Virus record (IMG/VR): IMGVR_UViG_2548876794_000003
Coordinates: 114,961-178,960 of that record
DNA length: 64,000 bases
Reading direction: 5' to 3' (one strand)
DNA from: a virus
Lineage: Duplodnaviria; Caudoviricetes
A program made the position numbers and the translations under genes. Below, in pieces: positions 50,024-58,832 of this stretch. The stretch's first letter is position 1. Every line of letters starts with the position of its first letter. The notes beneath the pieces are model-generated. The model saw nothing but the letters and a program-made list of their open reading frames with translations, was not told the origin of the DNA and searched no databases.

Positions 50024-50593
50024 ATGCCCATATATAGATACTTAGGAAGCGCACAAGCTTCTGCAAGCACAAGGCGAGAGAATTTCGACAAGGACACCGC
50101 TGCTTACTCCATAGGTGGACCTGTAGATATTTCCGTTTACAAAACCTCACTTAATGGCAGTAAATACGCTAGTGGATATACGTCCATTGAATACTTGGAT
50201 GATACTGGTGTGTTAAAAAGCGAACGTGTAAGCTGGGGAACAACGTTTCGAGAAATCAAGAACGTACTGTCCTTAACGGCTTTTGCTTCTATAAGCGGTA
50301 GCTTCAGTAGTTCTACGGCTAGTATATCTGCGTACAGTACTCGGTCATTAAAAAAACTAGTACTGACCAATCGCGCACAAACGAAGTATTTAATTACAGC
50401 TAATGAAGGAAAATGCATTTTCGTAGATAGATTACCTATAGAAGATATGAAAGTAGATCCCTACAAAGAAGGTCTATTCGAAACTGCTTACAATACATAT
50501 GCATACGATAGTATGCAACTAACATCCATTCAGACCGTTAAAGGCAAAATAGCTAAAAAGAACGGACTATTAAAAATACAGATAGGAGCATAA
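50024..50593 (+). CDS. Hypothetical adhesin-module family protein
   Basis: AAGAGG RBS before ATG 50024; Ser-rich N-domain and KKNGLLKIQI tail. Confidence 0.55.
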   Translation: MPIYRYLGSAQASASTRRENFDKDTAAYSIGGPVDISVYKTSLNGSKYASGYTSIEYLDDTGVLKSERVSWGTTFREIKNVLSLTAFASISGSFSSSTASISAYSTRSLKKLVLTNRAQTKYLITANEGKCIFVDRLPIEDMKVDPYKEGLFETAYNTYAYDSMQLTSIQTVKGKIAKKNGLLKIQIGA

Positions 50594-50596
50594 CAT

Positions 50597-51181
50597 ATGT
50601 CTTTTACTACTAATGAAACAGCGCAAGCTTTATCAATCCCTCTGAACTGGAGAGTTGAATACAAAGACGGTTCAGCAATGAATGAGTACGAGGACTGCGA
50701 CAACAAAAATGATTTTTATTCAATCAAACAAGACGAGGTTGCCCGCTTCGGCCTATTTAATTCACAAACGAAAATGTTCTACGAGAACAATACAGGTACC
50801 TTCATCTTAGATGGTAAACGCTTAGAGGTGCTGTATGAATTTGAAGATGGCCGCCGTATATTGTTGACTGCTGCAGATGATAGCCGACGCATCATCACAT
50901 ACAAAGATGCGTATGTAAATGTTTCAGACAGACACGAAGGTACTGCTATTGGCAGCGTAAGTGCTGTTACATTCGGCTACAACTCAAAAGTCGATGACAT
51001 GTATTTAAAGTTCATCATAAAACAAGGCATCGAATACGATGAACGCTCACTACTGATCCGTATTGTATCTGACGAAAAAATGAACGGTAAGTTAATTGTC
51101 CGAAAAGGGTGCAATGTTATCTATGAGGAACCAGCGCCAATTGAGCCGGACTGCGCTGGAATCATCGAATTGGATCTATAA
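50597..51181 (+). CDS. Hypothetical phage protein
   Basis: AGGAG RBS; W-x-x-EY-x-DG...EY...NDFYSI pattern. Confidence 0.55.
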   Translation: MSFTTNETAQALSIPLNWRVEYKDGSAMNEYEDCDNKNDFYSIKQDEVARFGLFNSQTKMFYENNTGTFILDGKRLEVLYEFEDGRRILLTAADDSRRIITYKDAYVNVSDRHEGTAIGSVSAVTFGYNSKVDDMYLKFIIKQGIEYDERSLLIRIVSDEKMNGKLIVRKGCNVIYEEPAPIEPDCAGIIELDL

Positions 51182-51233
51182 GGGTTTTCTTTTTCGGTAC
51201 TATATACACGAAATCATAACAAGGAGTGAGACG

Positions 51234-51812
51234 ATGGCAAAAATAGAAAGCAAAGTTGTAGGGCTGTTCGTTAATCTAAATGGCGTTTTCGTCAAAACAG
51301 AATACAGCAACAATCAATTGAAGTTGGCATTGGACAAGGAAGCGACCGAACTAAATGGCGTGAACGTTTATCACCAAGAGGGCTATTTCATTTCACAGTC
51401 GGTAAAAGTAGCAGGCTCATTCAAAGGCTATGAAAAAGTAATTACGACATTGGCGAATAAATATGGCACTGTCAATGTGTACACAGCAACCTCAAGAAAT
51501 GGTTTAACGTGGTCACGATGGAAACAGGTTGGCGCTGATAATGTCATCATCGAGCCGAACGAATTATACATACGAATCAAGATTGAATTAGCTGCAGCTA
51601 ATTCTGAAACGCCTGGCACATTAGCGAACTTTACAAGTGTAAAGGATGTAAAAGATGATCAGTACGTAACAATCAATAGTGGGCTGACGAGCAAGAGTAA
51701 TATTACGTTCATCCCTGACATTGTAGATACAAAGTCAATTCCCGAAGGAAAAATCTTTTTAAAAAAAATTAATCGCGAAGATTTTAAAGTGCTTACAAAT
51801 ATTTCACTGTAA
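51234..51812 (+). CDS. Putative structural protein
   Basis: AAGGAG RBS; GGTACTATA upstream; TATSRNGLTWSRW...YIRIKIEL; EGKIFLKKI tail. Confidence 0.55.
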   Translation: MAKIESKVVGLFVNLNGVFVKTEYSNNQLKLALDKEATELNGVNVYHQEGYFISQSVKVAGSFKGYEKVITTLANKYGTVNVYTATSRNGLTWSRWKQVGADNVIIEPNELYIRIKIELAAANSETPGTLANFTSVKDVKDDQYVTINSGLTSKSNITFIPDIVDTKSIPEGKIFLKKINREDFKVLTNISL

Positions 51813-51819
51813 GGAGTGA

Positions 51820-53853
51820 TTGAATATGTTATTAGAAGATTACAAAGAAAAGCACTATCTGTCTGAACCAGAATTCATTTCGCTATATGGCAGCATGATC
51901 GACTACTATTCTAGTAGTAAGGTTTCGTTTACAAACGTTTCACGAAACACGTCGGCTAAACTTGTCACAATCCCTTCTGGTGAGTACGGCATGTTCGATG
52001 GACCAATTCTAAAAAGAATCAAAGAGCCATTCAATTTATCTTTTAAAGGCTTTATTGGCAATAACGGCTATGTCATGGGAACTGCTAAAGTAGATGGCTC
52101 AACGAATGGTCTCGCTATTTATACAGAAGATGGCATGTTAAAAGTAGCCCTCCATAACGGCTACCCAATCGCTGTTGTCGAAACACCTGTAACATTAGAT
52201 AAGTCGACTCGTCTTTACACAATTGAATTTGATGGACACTTCTTAAAACTGTTCATCAACGGCACACTTGTAAAAAGTGCTGTAGCGGAAGTAGGAGAAG
52301 GTATTGAAGTAACCTCTCCATTCTATCTTGCAATGGAAGATGGTGTGAGCTTACCTACAAACATGAGTATTTCTGATTTCGTTATTACAGATAATACACC
52401 GTATGAGCCCGACCGCTTCGCTGTAATGGATGAAGCAGGGGTGTTTTATACATACAAAGACAACACATGGAGCACTATTAAGGAAACACAAGTTGCTAAT
52501 GATGGCATCTTAATCGAAGAGTTAGGGAAGCTTACTGACGCTATTATGCTGAAAGCACCTGGAGAAAAACTTCTGTGGAGCAGCAAAGATAATCGAGCTA
52601 ACCGATATGTCATTCAGAAGATGGACACTCCAGTCATCATTGGGGATATGCTAGACGAAGAATTCCATATCGAATTGGACGGAGCAGAAGAAGCCACTGT
52701 CACGAAGCAAGCTAGTGTGCTTGATGAATTCGAAGGCGATGTTTATGTGGGCTACTGGTCTGCAGATGGCACAAACTTAGATCCGATTTCAGTAACCGGT
52801 GTTCCGAAGAAAGCCTATGTAGAGATTTCTAAAGCCGCGAAAATCTTAAACAGAGCAAGTTACTTCCGAGTAACAGATGTATCAACAGGCTACATCAAAC
52901 GTTCTCGCTATGTATTTTCGTCAACAGAAGATTCAACTCGATACACATTTGAAGATGGACTTTTCATTGAATATGACTGGACTGCAGATAATGTAGATAA
53001 GCATGCATTGAAGAACGAGGATTTAAAAAACGTTGATTTGAATTTATGGCCATACGACAATATTGTACTCGGCGTATTTGTGGATGATGATGAATATGGA
53101 CTGACGAAAACAAGACTGACGAAAGTTGAATTTGTGAATTCCATTCCTTTAAATTCACCAGCCGTTACGAATGCGACAGTTTATGTATTGAATACACAGT
53201 CTGAAATCACAACAAAAATGGAAGGACGCCACTTAACAGCAACAATCTCCGATGAAGATAAAACGAAGGTACAATACAAAGTAAAATTAAACGGTCAAAA
53301 TTACTACCCAGCAGATGGTGTGTTCACAGGACTAGCAGATCCTAATGTAGGTATCGACCTCGTATTTGATAGTACACGCATCAACGTTAATGCGTGGAAC
53401 ATTGTAGACGTCGTATTCCAGGATTCTTTTGGGACTGAATCAAGTGCTTCTATGCGGTTCTGGGGCGAGTATAATGGCTTACTGTTTATGGACGACGAGG
53501 ATCGTTACCTAACAACAGATACGAAACAATTACTACATTACTTAGATTTCGGTGAAGTGATTACAGGCCAAACGACACCGGAGCAGCGTGTTCGATTGAA
53601 AAACACATATGGATATGATGTTAAAAACGTCCATATCGCCGTTCAGAACCTTCATGACGACTTTGAAGTACAAATCAGTAGGAACGGAATGGAGTTCGTC
53701 TCAGAGCCTTATTTGGATTTTGACGGCGTATTGAAAGACGGAGAACAACTCGAATTCCTCGTTCGTTTAAAAACAACACTGTTTGTAACAAAACCTACAC
53801 AAGATATTTTCACAATAAAAGCTCGTGCTGAACGAGTAGAGGAGGATGCATAA
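51820..53853 (+). CDS. LamG / concanavalin-like domain virion protein
   Basis: YTIEFDGHFLKLFINGTLV...ISDFVI; C-terminal YLDFGEVITGQTT...RLKNTYG. Confidence 0.6.
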   Translation: MNMLLEDYKEKHYLSEPEFISLYGSMIDYYSSSKVSFTNVSRNTSAKLVTIPSGEYGMFDGPILKRIKEPFNLSFKGFIGNNGYVMGTAKVDGSTNGLAIYTEDGMLKVALHNGYPIAVVETPVTLDKSTRLYTIEFDGHFLKLFINGTLVKSAVAEVGEGIEVTSPFYLAMEDGVSLPTNMSISDFVITDNTPYEPDRFAVMDEAGVFYTYKDNTWSTIKETQVANDGILIEELGKLTDAIMLKAPGEKLLWSSKDNRANRYVIQKMDTPVIIGDMLDEEFHIELDGAEEATVTKQASVLDEFEGDVYVGYWSADGTNLDPISVTGVPKKAYVEISKAAKILNRASYFRVTDVSTGYIKRSRYVFSSTEDSTRYTFEDGLFIEYDWTADNVDKHALKNEDLKNVDLNLWPYDNIVLGVFVDDDEYGLTKTRLTKVEFVNSIPLNSPAVTNATVYVLNTQSEITTKMEGRHLTATISDEDKTKVQYKVKLNGQNYYPADGVFTGLADPNVGIDLVFDSTRINVNAWNIVDVVFQDSFGTESSASMRFWGEYNGLLFMDDEDRYLTTDTKQLLHYLDFGEVITGQTTPEQRVRLKNTYGYDVKNVHIAVQNLHDDFEVQISRNGMEFVSEPYLDFDGVLKDGEQLEFLVRLKTTLFVTKPTQDIFTIKARAERVEEDA

Positions 53854-54608
53854 TGGTTACAATGAAATCACCATTTTCAACAGCTGTAGTATCTAGTGAT
53901 GAACTTACGGTGACTGGCTCTGGTGGCACTACATCTGCTTTTGCTAATAAGCGTTTTACAAATGGACGCCGATACTTCGAAGTAAAAGTTATCACAAATA
54001 ACGGCACGATCCACGTTGGATTAGCACAAGAGTCTACTTACTTAGATACAACGTCATCTAGCTCGCTTAATCGTACATACCTTACAAACAGTGGAGTTGC
54101 GTATTCAACAACTGGTAATGTTTCTAATGGTTATACAAGCTCATTTTCTACAGATACAGTAATCGGTGTTTACATGGATTATGAAAATGGAAAAATCGGT
54201 TTCACCTATAATGGTGTAGATAAAGGGCAGTTATCCACAGGCAACATTGCAGATGGAATCGCTCGAGTCCCTTATGTTTCGATTTTATCCACAAGCACTG
54301 GGAAGGTTGTATTTGCTTTTAAAGAAGCAGATTTCGTATATGAGCCACCTATGGGCTACAAGGCATACGAAGATACTAGTGAGCCAAAGAGCGTTTATTT
54401 AGAAAGTACTCGCAATGAAGATACTTACTATACTTCTAAGTGGGGATCGCTATATGCTATTCCTAAGCAAGAAATGCTCGAAGCAAAAGTAGGTACACAA
54501 GAAATTGTGTTTTCTGAATTACTTCAAACGTCTGCAAGTAAGTTTAAAAAACTGAAAGAAAATCTATTCATAGCATCTATTGATAAAAAAAGTTTGTCGA
54601 TTAGATAG
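53853..54608 (+). CDS. SPRY-domain protein
   Basis: GRRYFEVKV...HVGL...DTVIGVYMDYENGKIGFTYNGVDKG...PYVS...FVYEPPMGYKAY. Confidence 0.8.
   Translation: MVTMKSPFSTAVVSSDELTVTGSGGTTSAFANKRFTNGRRYFEVKVITNNGTIHVGLAQESTYLDTTSSSSLNRTYLTNSGVAYSTTGNVSNGYTSSFSTDTVIGVYMDYENGKIGFTYNGVDKGQLSTGNIADGIARVPYVSILSTSTGKVVFAFKEADFVYEPPMGYKAYEDTSEPKSVYLESTRNEDTYYTSKWGSLYAIPKQEMLEAKVGTQEIVFSELLQTSASKFKKLKENLFIASIDKKSLSIR
54231..54293 (+). promoter_or_regulatory. Two perfect DnaA boxes inside the SPRY CDS
   Basis: TTATCCACA at 54231-54239 and 54285-54293. Confidence 0.6.
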
Positions 54609-54611
54609 TTA

Positions 54612-54640
54612 AGGCGGGGGAAACCTCGCTTTTTTATTTT
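54612..54640 (+). terminator. Intrinsic terminator
   Basis: AGGCGGGGgaaaCCTCGCTTTTTT. Confidence 0.65.
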
Positions 54641-54646
54641 GCAAAG

Positions 54647-54681
54647 TTATCCACAGCTATTTCAAAAAAAACTGTGGATAA
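54647..54681. promoter_or_regulatory. Inverted pair of DnaA boxes at the origin
   Basis: TTATCCACA (54647-54655) and TGTGGATAA (54673-54681). Confidence 0.85.
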
Positions 54682-54780
54682 CTTTTTAAAGATTGATATA
54701 AAAATTACAGGTTATAGATTATATATATATTATTTATATAAAGATTAATAGACTTAATAGATTTAATAACCTTTAACAAA
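54682..54780. other. AT-rich DNA unwinding element of the plasmid-type origin
   Basis: Very AT-rich tract with (AT)n and GAT(T)TAATA/GACTTAATA repeats between the DnaA boxes and the iterons. Confidence 0.7.
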
Positions 54781-54814
54781 CTTCTAAACCACTGGTATGA
54801 CTACGTTCGCGAAG

Positions 54815-54950
54815 GTTGAGAGCGCAAAATATATTCAGTTTGAGCGCTTTATATATTCAACTTAAGCGCAAAATATATTCGGTTTGAGCGCAAAATATAT
54901 TCAGTTTGGGCGCAAAATATATTCACAGAGAGCGCAAAATATATTCACAA
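54815..54950 (+). repeat. Six iterons, core AGCGCAAAATATATTC, with an exact 22-bp period
   Basis: Cores start at 54821, 54843, 54865, 54887, 54909 and 54931. Confidence 0.92.
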
Positions 54951-55069
54951 AAAACCTCAGTTATTATATGAATATCCCAACCTTCCCCCTATATACGTAG
55001 GCATTTCAGTATATATAAGAGAGGAGAATCAACCTATTACCTATAAGCAACATTATCTAATAACAATTA

Positions 55070-55615
55070 GAAGCGCAAAATGTATTCACAGAGAGCGCAT
55101 TGCATTACACATAAAGCGCTCAAGTCTTGTTAGAGCGCAAAATATATTCAGAGAGGGCGTAAAATATATTCAATATGAGCGCATTGTGTTTTAGATAATG
55201 CGCTCATTCGATTTATAGTGTAAAATATATTTAATTAGCATTTTCGCGTCGTTTTGGCATACTATTATCCTTGAATCATAGCGGTATAGATGCGTCTAAA
55301 AGATTGATATATAGGCATTTTAAGCATCTATCTACGTGAATGAAGAACTTAAAGCGCAAAATGTATTCACAGAGAGCGCTTTTGCTTCACCGTAATGCGC
55401 TCAACTTCTGTTAGAGCACATTATATATTCAGCTACAAGTGATTTTACTATTAAGTAAAACAAATACTGTAATGAAATTGAATATATTTTGCGCTCTAGA
55501 ACAAGATAAGCGGGGATTTCAGTATGAAAAAGGCTACATATTGTGTTTTATGGAAATTCCATCCTATTAAGAAAATGACGTAAGCGTAAAATTTGAATAC
55601 ATTTTGCGCTCTAAA
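55070..55615. repeat. Auxiliary iterons, GAGCGC...GCGCTC inverted repeats and inverted iterons over the rep promoter
   Basis: Iteron cores at ~55072, 55134, 55156, 55353; reverse copies GAATATATTTTGCGCTC (~55480) and GAATACATTTTGCGCTC (~55595) next to TATAAT at ~55618. Confidence 0.8.
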
Positions 55616-55667
55616 CATATAATCAACATTAGAAAAGACATCATATTAAAGGGGAGAGTGATTATTT

Positions 55668-56867
55668 TTGAGAAGTAATAAAAAGAACGAGCTTATGATT
55701 AGCAATGATAATGCAGTTAAAAAAAGTAATGAATTTTCTATGGCGAAGATGAGCGAAAGCCTTACTTTAAATCAGATGCAATTACTTATCTATACAATAT
55801 TCCGTACGCAGCAAGATTCAAAAGTCACTGAGTTTGCACGAGTAGATTTTGAAAATAAGTTTGAATTAAGTAGGTACCAGTCCGCACAGGCGAAAAAAGA
55901 TGCTAGAAAATTATTGAAGTTAGATTTTTCAACGGAAGATTTAGAGAAGGACAGTTTCGAATACCTAAATGTATTTCAAAAAATCAGTTACGACAATGGG
56001 AAGTTTTCTTTCAAATGGACAGAAGATATGCTTCCTCATATAACAGGCCTAAAAGAAAAATATGTAATGAACGATTTAGCTATCACAGCACAGTTCAATA
56101 GTAGCTTTTCATGGAAACTGTACGACTATTTAAAAGCTAATTATGGCAACTGGTATAAGCAATTATCTAAAGAAGCTACTCTTCGATTGTTTGGTGTAGA
56201 AGATCGCAAAACATATCAAAACAAAACATTCTCATTTAAGCGTGGTGTGCTAGATGTAGCAGTAGAGGAAATCAACAAGTATACAGAACTCGATGTTAGT
56301 TATGAAGATGTAGTTACGAAAAGAGCAATCACTGGTTTTATCTTTAAGTGGTCAGTAGGCAACGTGAAAAATTCCGCTTCGAGAAAACAGCGTGATGAAA
56401 TCAAGATATATGTTGATACGATGGAAGCAGACGCAATAAAATATCTTAATGAAATTACGCCAGAAGATTTACCGGAGCTTCAAGAGGTCATCCGCAACAT
56501 TGCCGAATATAGAGGGTATGCAGATGAATCTTTTACTATGACTAAAGAGCAAGCTAGTCGTGCGTTACTTCGCATTAAACAATTATTTAAGCAACTGCAA
56601 AAACTTATAAAAGGCGATAGAAAATCACCAGTTTTCTACAATTGGCTAGAATATGATTCACCAGAAGAACAAGAAGCTGTAGAAGCTGCTGAGGAAGCAC
56701 GTATGGCTCGTTTAGAAGCTGAGAAAGCTTTAATTGATGCAGAAAATAAAGAAGGTAATTTTAAAGTCATTGCAATGGGCAAAGCGAAAGCGTTGGATGA
56801 AATGGCTACAAAGTTAGAAGCAATCGCAGAAAACAAAGCTCGAATTGCTGTTAGCGCTTACCAGTAA
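55668..56867 (+). CDS. rep: Plasmid replication initiator, Rep_3 (RepB-type) family
   Basis: VKKSNEFSMAK...LTLNQMQLL, SSFSWKLYDYLK, FKRGVLDVAVEEINKYTEL, PVFYNWLE; iteron array directly upstream. Confidence 0.9.
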   Translation: MRSNKKNELMISNDNAVKKSNEFSMAKMSESLTLNQMQLLIYTIFRTQQDSKVTEFARVDFENKFELSRYQSAQAKKDARKLLKLDFSTEDLEKDSFEYLNVFQKISYDNGKFSFKWTEDMLPHITGLKEKYVMNDLAITAQFNSSFSWKLYDYLKANYGNWYKQLSKEATLRLFGVEDRKTYQNKTFSFKRGVLDVAVEEINKYTELDVSYEDVVTKRAITGFIFKWSVGNVKNSASRKQRDEIKIYVDTMEADAIKYLNEITPEDLPELQEVIRNIAEYRGYADESFTMTKEQASRALLRIKQLFKQLQKLIKGDRKSPVFYNWLEYDSPEEQEAVEAAEEARMARLEAEKALIDAENKEGNFKVIAMGKAKALDEMATKLEAIAENKARIAVSAYQ

Positions 56868-56909
56868 AAGAACTTCGAATAAAATGCAAATGAATAGGTA
56901 CTATATTAA

Positions 56910-56942
56910 GCGGAGACGATATTGTCTCCGCATTTTTTATTT
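56910..56942 (+). terminator. Intrinsic terminator after rep, preceded by the GGTACTATA motif
   Basis: GCGGAGACgatattGTCTCCGCATTTTTTATTT. Confidence 0.65.
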
Positions 56943-56955
56943 GGAGGGATTATAG

Positions 56956-58071
56956 ATGGTGAACTATACATTGAATACAGTTGGCAATCCTAATATATCA
57001 AGAGATTACGAATCAGAAGTGATGGTCAATGACATACTTAAAGTACAGTATAGCTACAACAATGTGATGTCGTGGATTGTACCAAGCGACGGTATCTACA
57101 GATTCGATTTAACGGGTTCTGTAGATGAAACTCTCAGCGCTAGTGGTTACGCCGGGAATGTTATTTTCGAACGAGAGTTAAAGGCAGGGATGATTGCTTA
57201 CATAACGCTATATGGAATGGGCGGAGGTGGATCAGGCGGCTACGCTGGTGATGGAAGTGGATCCGCGTACGCTTCTTATCGTAATGGCGCTGCAGGGAAA
57301 GCTGGCGGAAAGGCTAGTTACCTTTACTTTTCTGATAATGTAAATGACAAAATTATCGCTGGAGGAGCTGGCGGTCGTGGCGGCGGAGGTGGGCATGGAT
57401 GGGGGGCCGCAGCTGATGTAAGATACGGAGGTACTGGTGGCATTGGTGGCAACGGCGGAGAGAGCCGTTGCGCTGGAGCTTCTGGAGAAAGCGGATATTC
57501 GAAAGGTTCCTACTCTAGTGGTGCATCAGGAGTTTCAGCGCCGATAAGCAATAACGGCGGAACTGGAGGCGGCGCCGCTATCTATCTGAATAGCAGTGGA
57601 ACCGCTTATGACGGTACTAGAGGGGGATCTGGCTTTTACTCTAATCAGTACGATGGTTCTGGTGGTGGCGGTGGTGGTGGTGGCGGTTATTATAGTTCAA
57701 ACCACATGGGTTCTGGCGGTGGCGGTGGCGGTGGGGCAGGTGGTAAGAATGCTGTTAGCTCGACCTACAAACTTATTAAGAATGGCACCGCAACAACCAA
57801 AGAAGCAGCTCGCTTAATCATCACAGTAAGGGAACTGCAAAAAGAAAAGATTCTTGTACTTTTTAAAGGAGGTACGATACTAGCGCCTTCTATTAATAAA
57901 GATGCTTGGAATATCGTCGAACCAGAAAAGATTAATAAAGTGTATGCGAACAAATTTAACAATGCTTATTCTGTCAATAGTAAAACTATGTCGAGTAATT
58001 TGACTGCTTTAAAACAAGGCATCACGAATATTCGCATCAACAAGGGAGCTGAGCGTGATGAAGGACAGTAG
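56956..58071 (+). CDS. Glycine-rich domain virion/fibre protein
   Basis: WIVPSDGIYRFDLTG, IIAGGAGGRGG and multiple GGGGG runs (polyglycine-II type domain). Confidence 0.7.
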   Translation: MVNYTLNTVGNPNISRDYESEVMVNDILKVQYSYNNVMSWIVPSDGIYRFDLTGSVDETLSASGYAGNVIFERELKAGMIAYITLYGMGGGGSGGYAGDGSGSAYASYRNGAAGKAGGKASYLYFSDNVNDKIIAGGAGGRGGGGGHGWGAAADVRYGGTGGIGGNGGESRCAGASGESGYSKGSYSSGASGVSAPISNNGGTGGGAAIYLNSSGTAYDGTRGGSGFYSNQYDGSGGGGGGGGGYYSSNHMGSGGGGGGGAGGKNAVSSTYKLIKNGTATTKEAARLIITVRELQKEKILVLFKGGTILAPSINKDAWNIVEPEKINKVYANKFNNAYSVNSKTMSSNLTALKQGITNIRINKGAERDEGQ

Positions 58072-58756
58072 GAAATTAAACACGAGTGGCTATGCGGAGG
58101 GGAGAAAGACGCATAGGATGTACAACGGAATTGTTGCGACAGTAGACCGCATTTATAGCGGAGGAAGTTACTCTGTCACAGGACTGTTCAACGGTTCGCC
58201 TTCATCGAATTCCTCTGCTGGCTACTGGCTTACGAGCAGTAGAACGGGCGAGAATCAAATAGAAATAGATTTCTCCGCATACAGTGGCGACTTTAAATTG
58301 GATGGATTAAAGATTGCTAGTTTTTGTGCGAATGATCGTAAGGCATCTAGCTACGCCATCTATGTTTACACGAAGGATGGAAAGAGCTCTTACGCAGCTC
58401 ATAACATAACTTCCACAGAAAATAGCTTAGGTTACTTCGTGCCATTCACGATTTCAGCAAGACGGGTTTCTAAAATCGTTATTTTAATCTGGAGTGATTC
58501 ATCTACGAGGTGGGGCGCAGCGCTAAACGAGATTGAAATCTATGGCGGTGAAGATACGTCACGTTGTCTTACACTAAAAGCAAATGGAAAGGTTTATTAC
58601 TTTTCTAAAGCAGGTACGTTAAAAGATTTTAACCAAAGCGTTGTAGAGACAGATGGTTCGAGGGCATATACCATATCCTCGAAAACAGATTCTACGAAGA
58701 AAATAAGTTCACTGGATGTGTGCAAAAAACAAGGAGCTAAAAAAGTAAAAATATAA
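58058..58756 (+). CDS. Discoidin/galactose-binding-like adhesin module
   Basis: LFNGS...YW...IEIDF...LNEIEIYG. Confidence 0.6.
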   Translation: MKDSRKLNTSGYAEGRKTHRMYNGIVATVDRIYSGGSYSVTGLFNGSPSSNSSAGYWLTSSRTGENQIEIDFSAYSGDFKLDGLKIASFCANDRKASSYAIYVYTKDGKSSYAAHNITSTENSLGYFVPFTISARRVSKIVILIWSDSSTRWGAALNEIEIYGGEDTSRCLTLKANGKVYYFSKAGTLKDFNQSVVETDGSRAYTISSKTDSTKKISSLDVCKKQGAKKVKI

Positions 58757-58832
58757 CCGGTCTACTTATCGGTACTATACATATTGAATGGCAATTAGAT
58801 TCACTTACAATACAATGTGAGGTGCATAATGC

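Noticed and set aside
54815-54950. Possible CRISPR array
   Set aside because: The period is only 22 bp with ~6-nt variable parts, it lies next to a Rep_3 gene and DnaA boxes, and there is no cas operon: these are iterons
57230-57745. GC-rich GGT/GGC simple repeats as a separate element
   Set aside because: Explained by polyglycine coding
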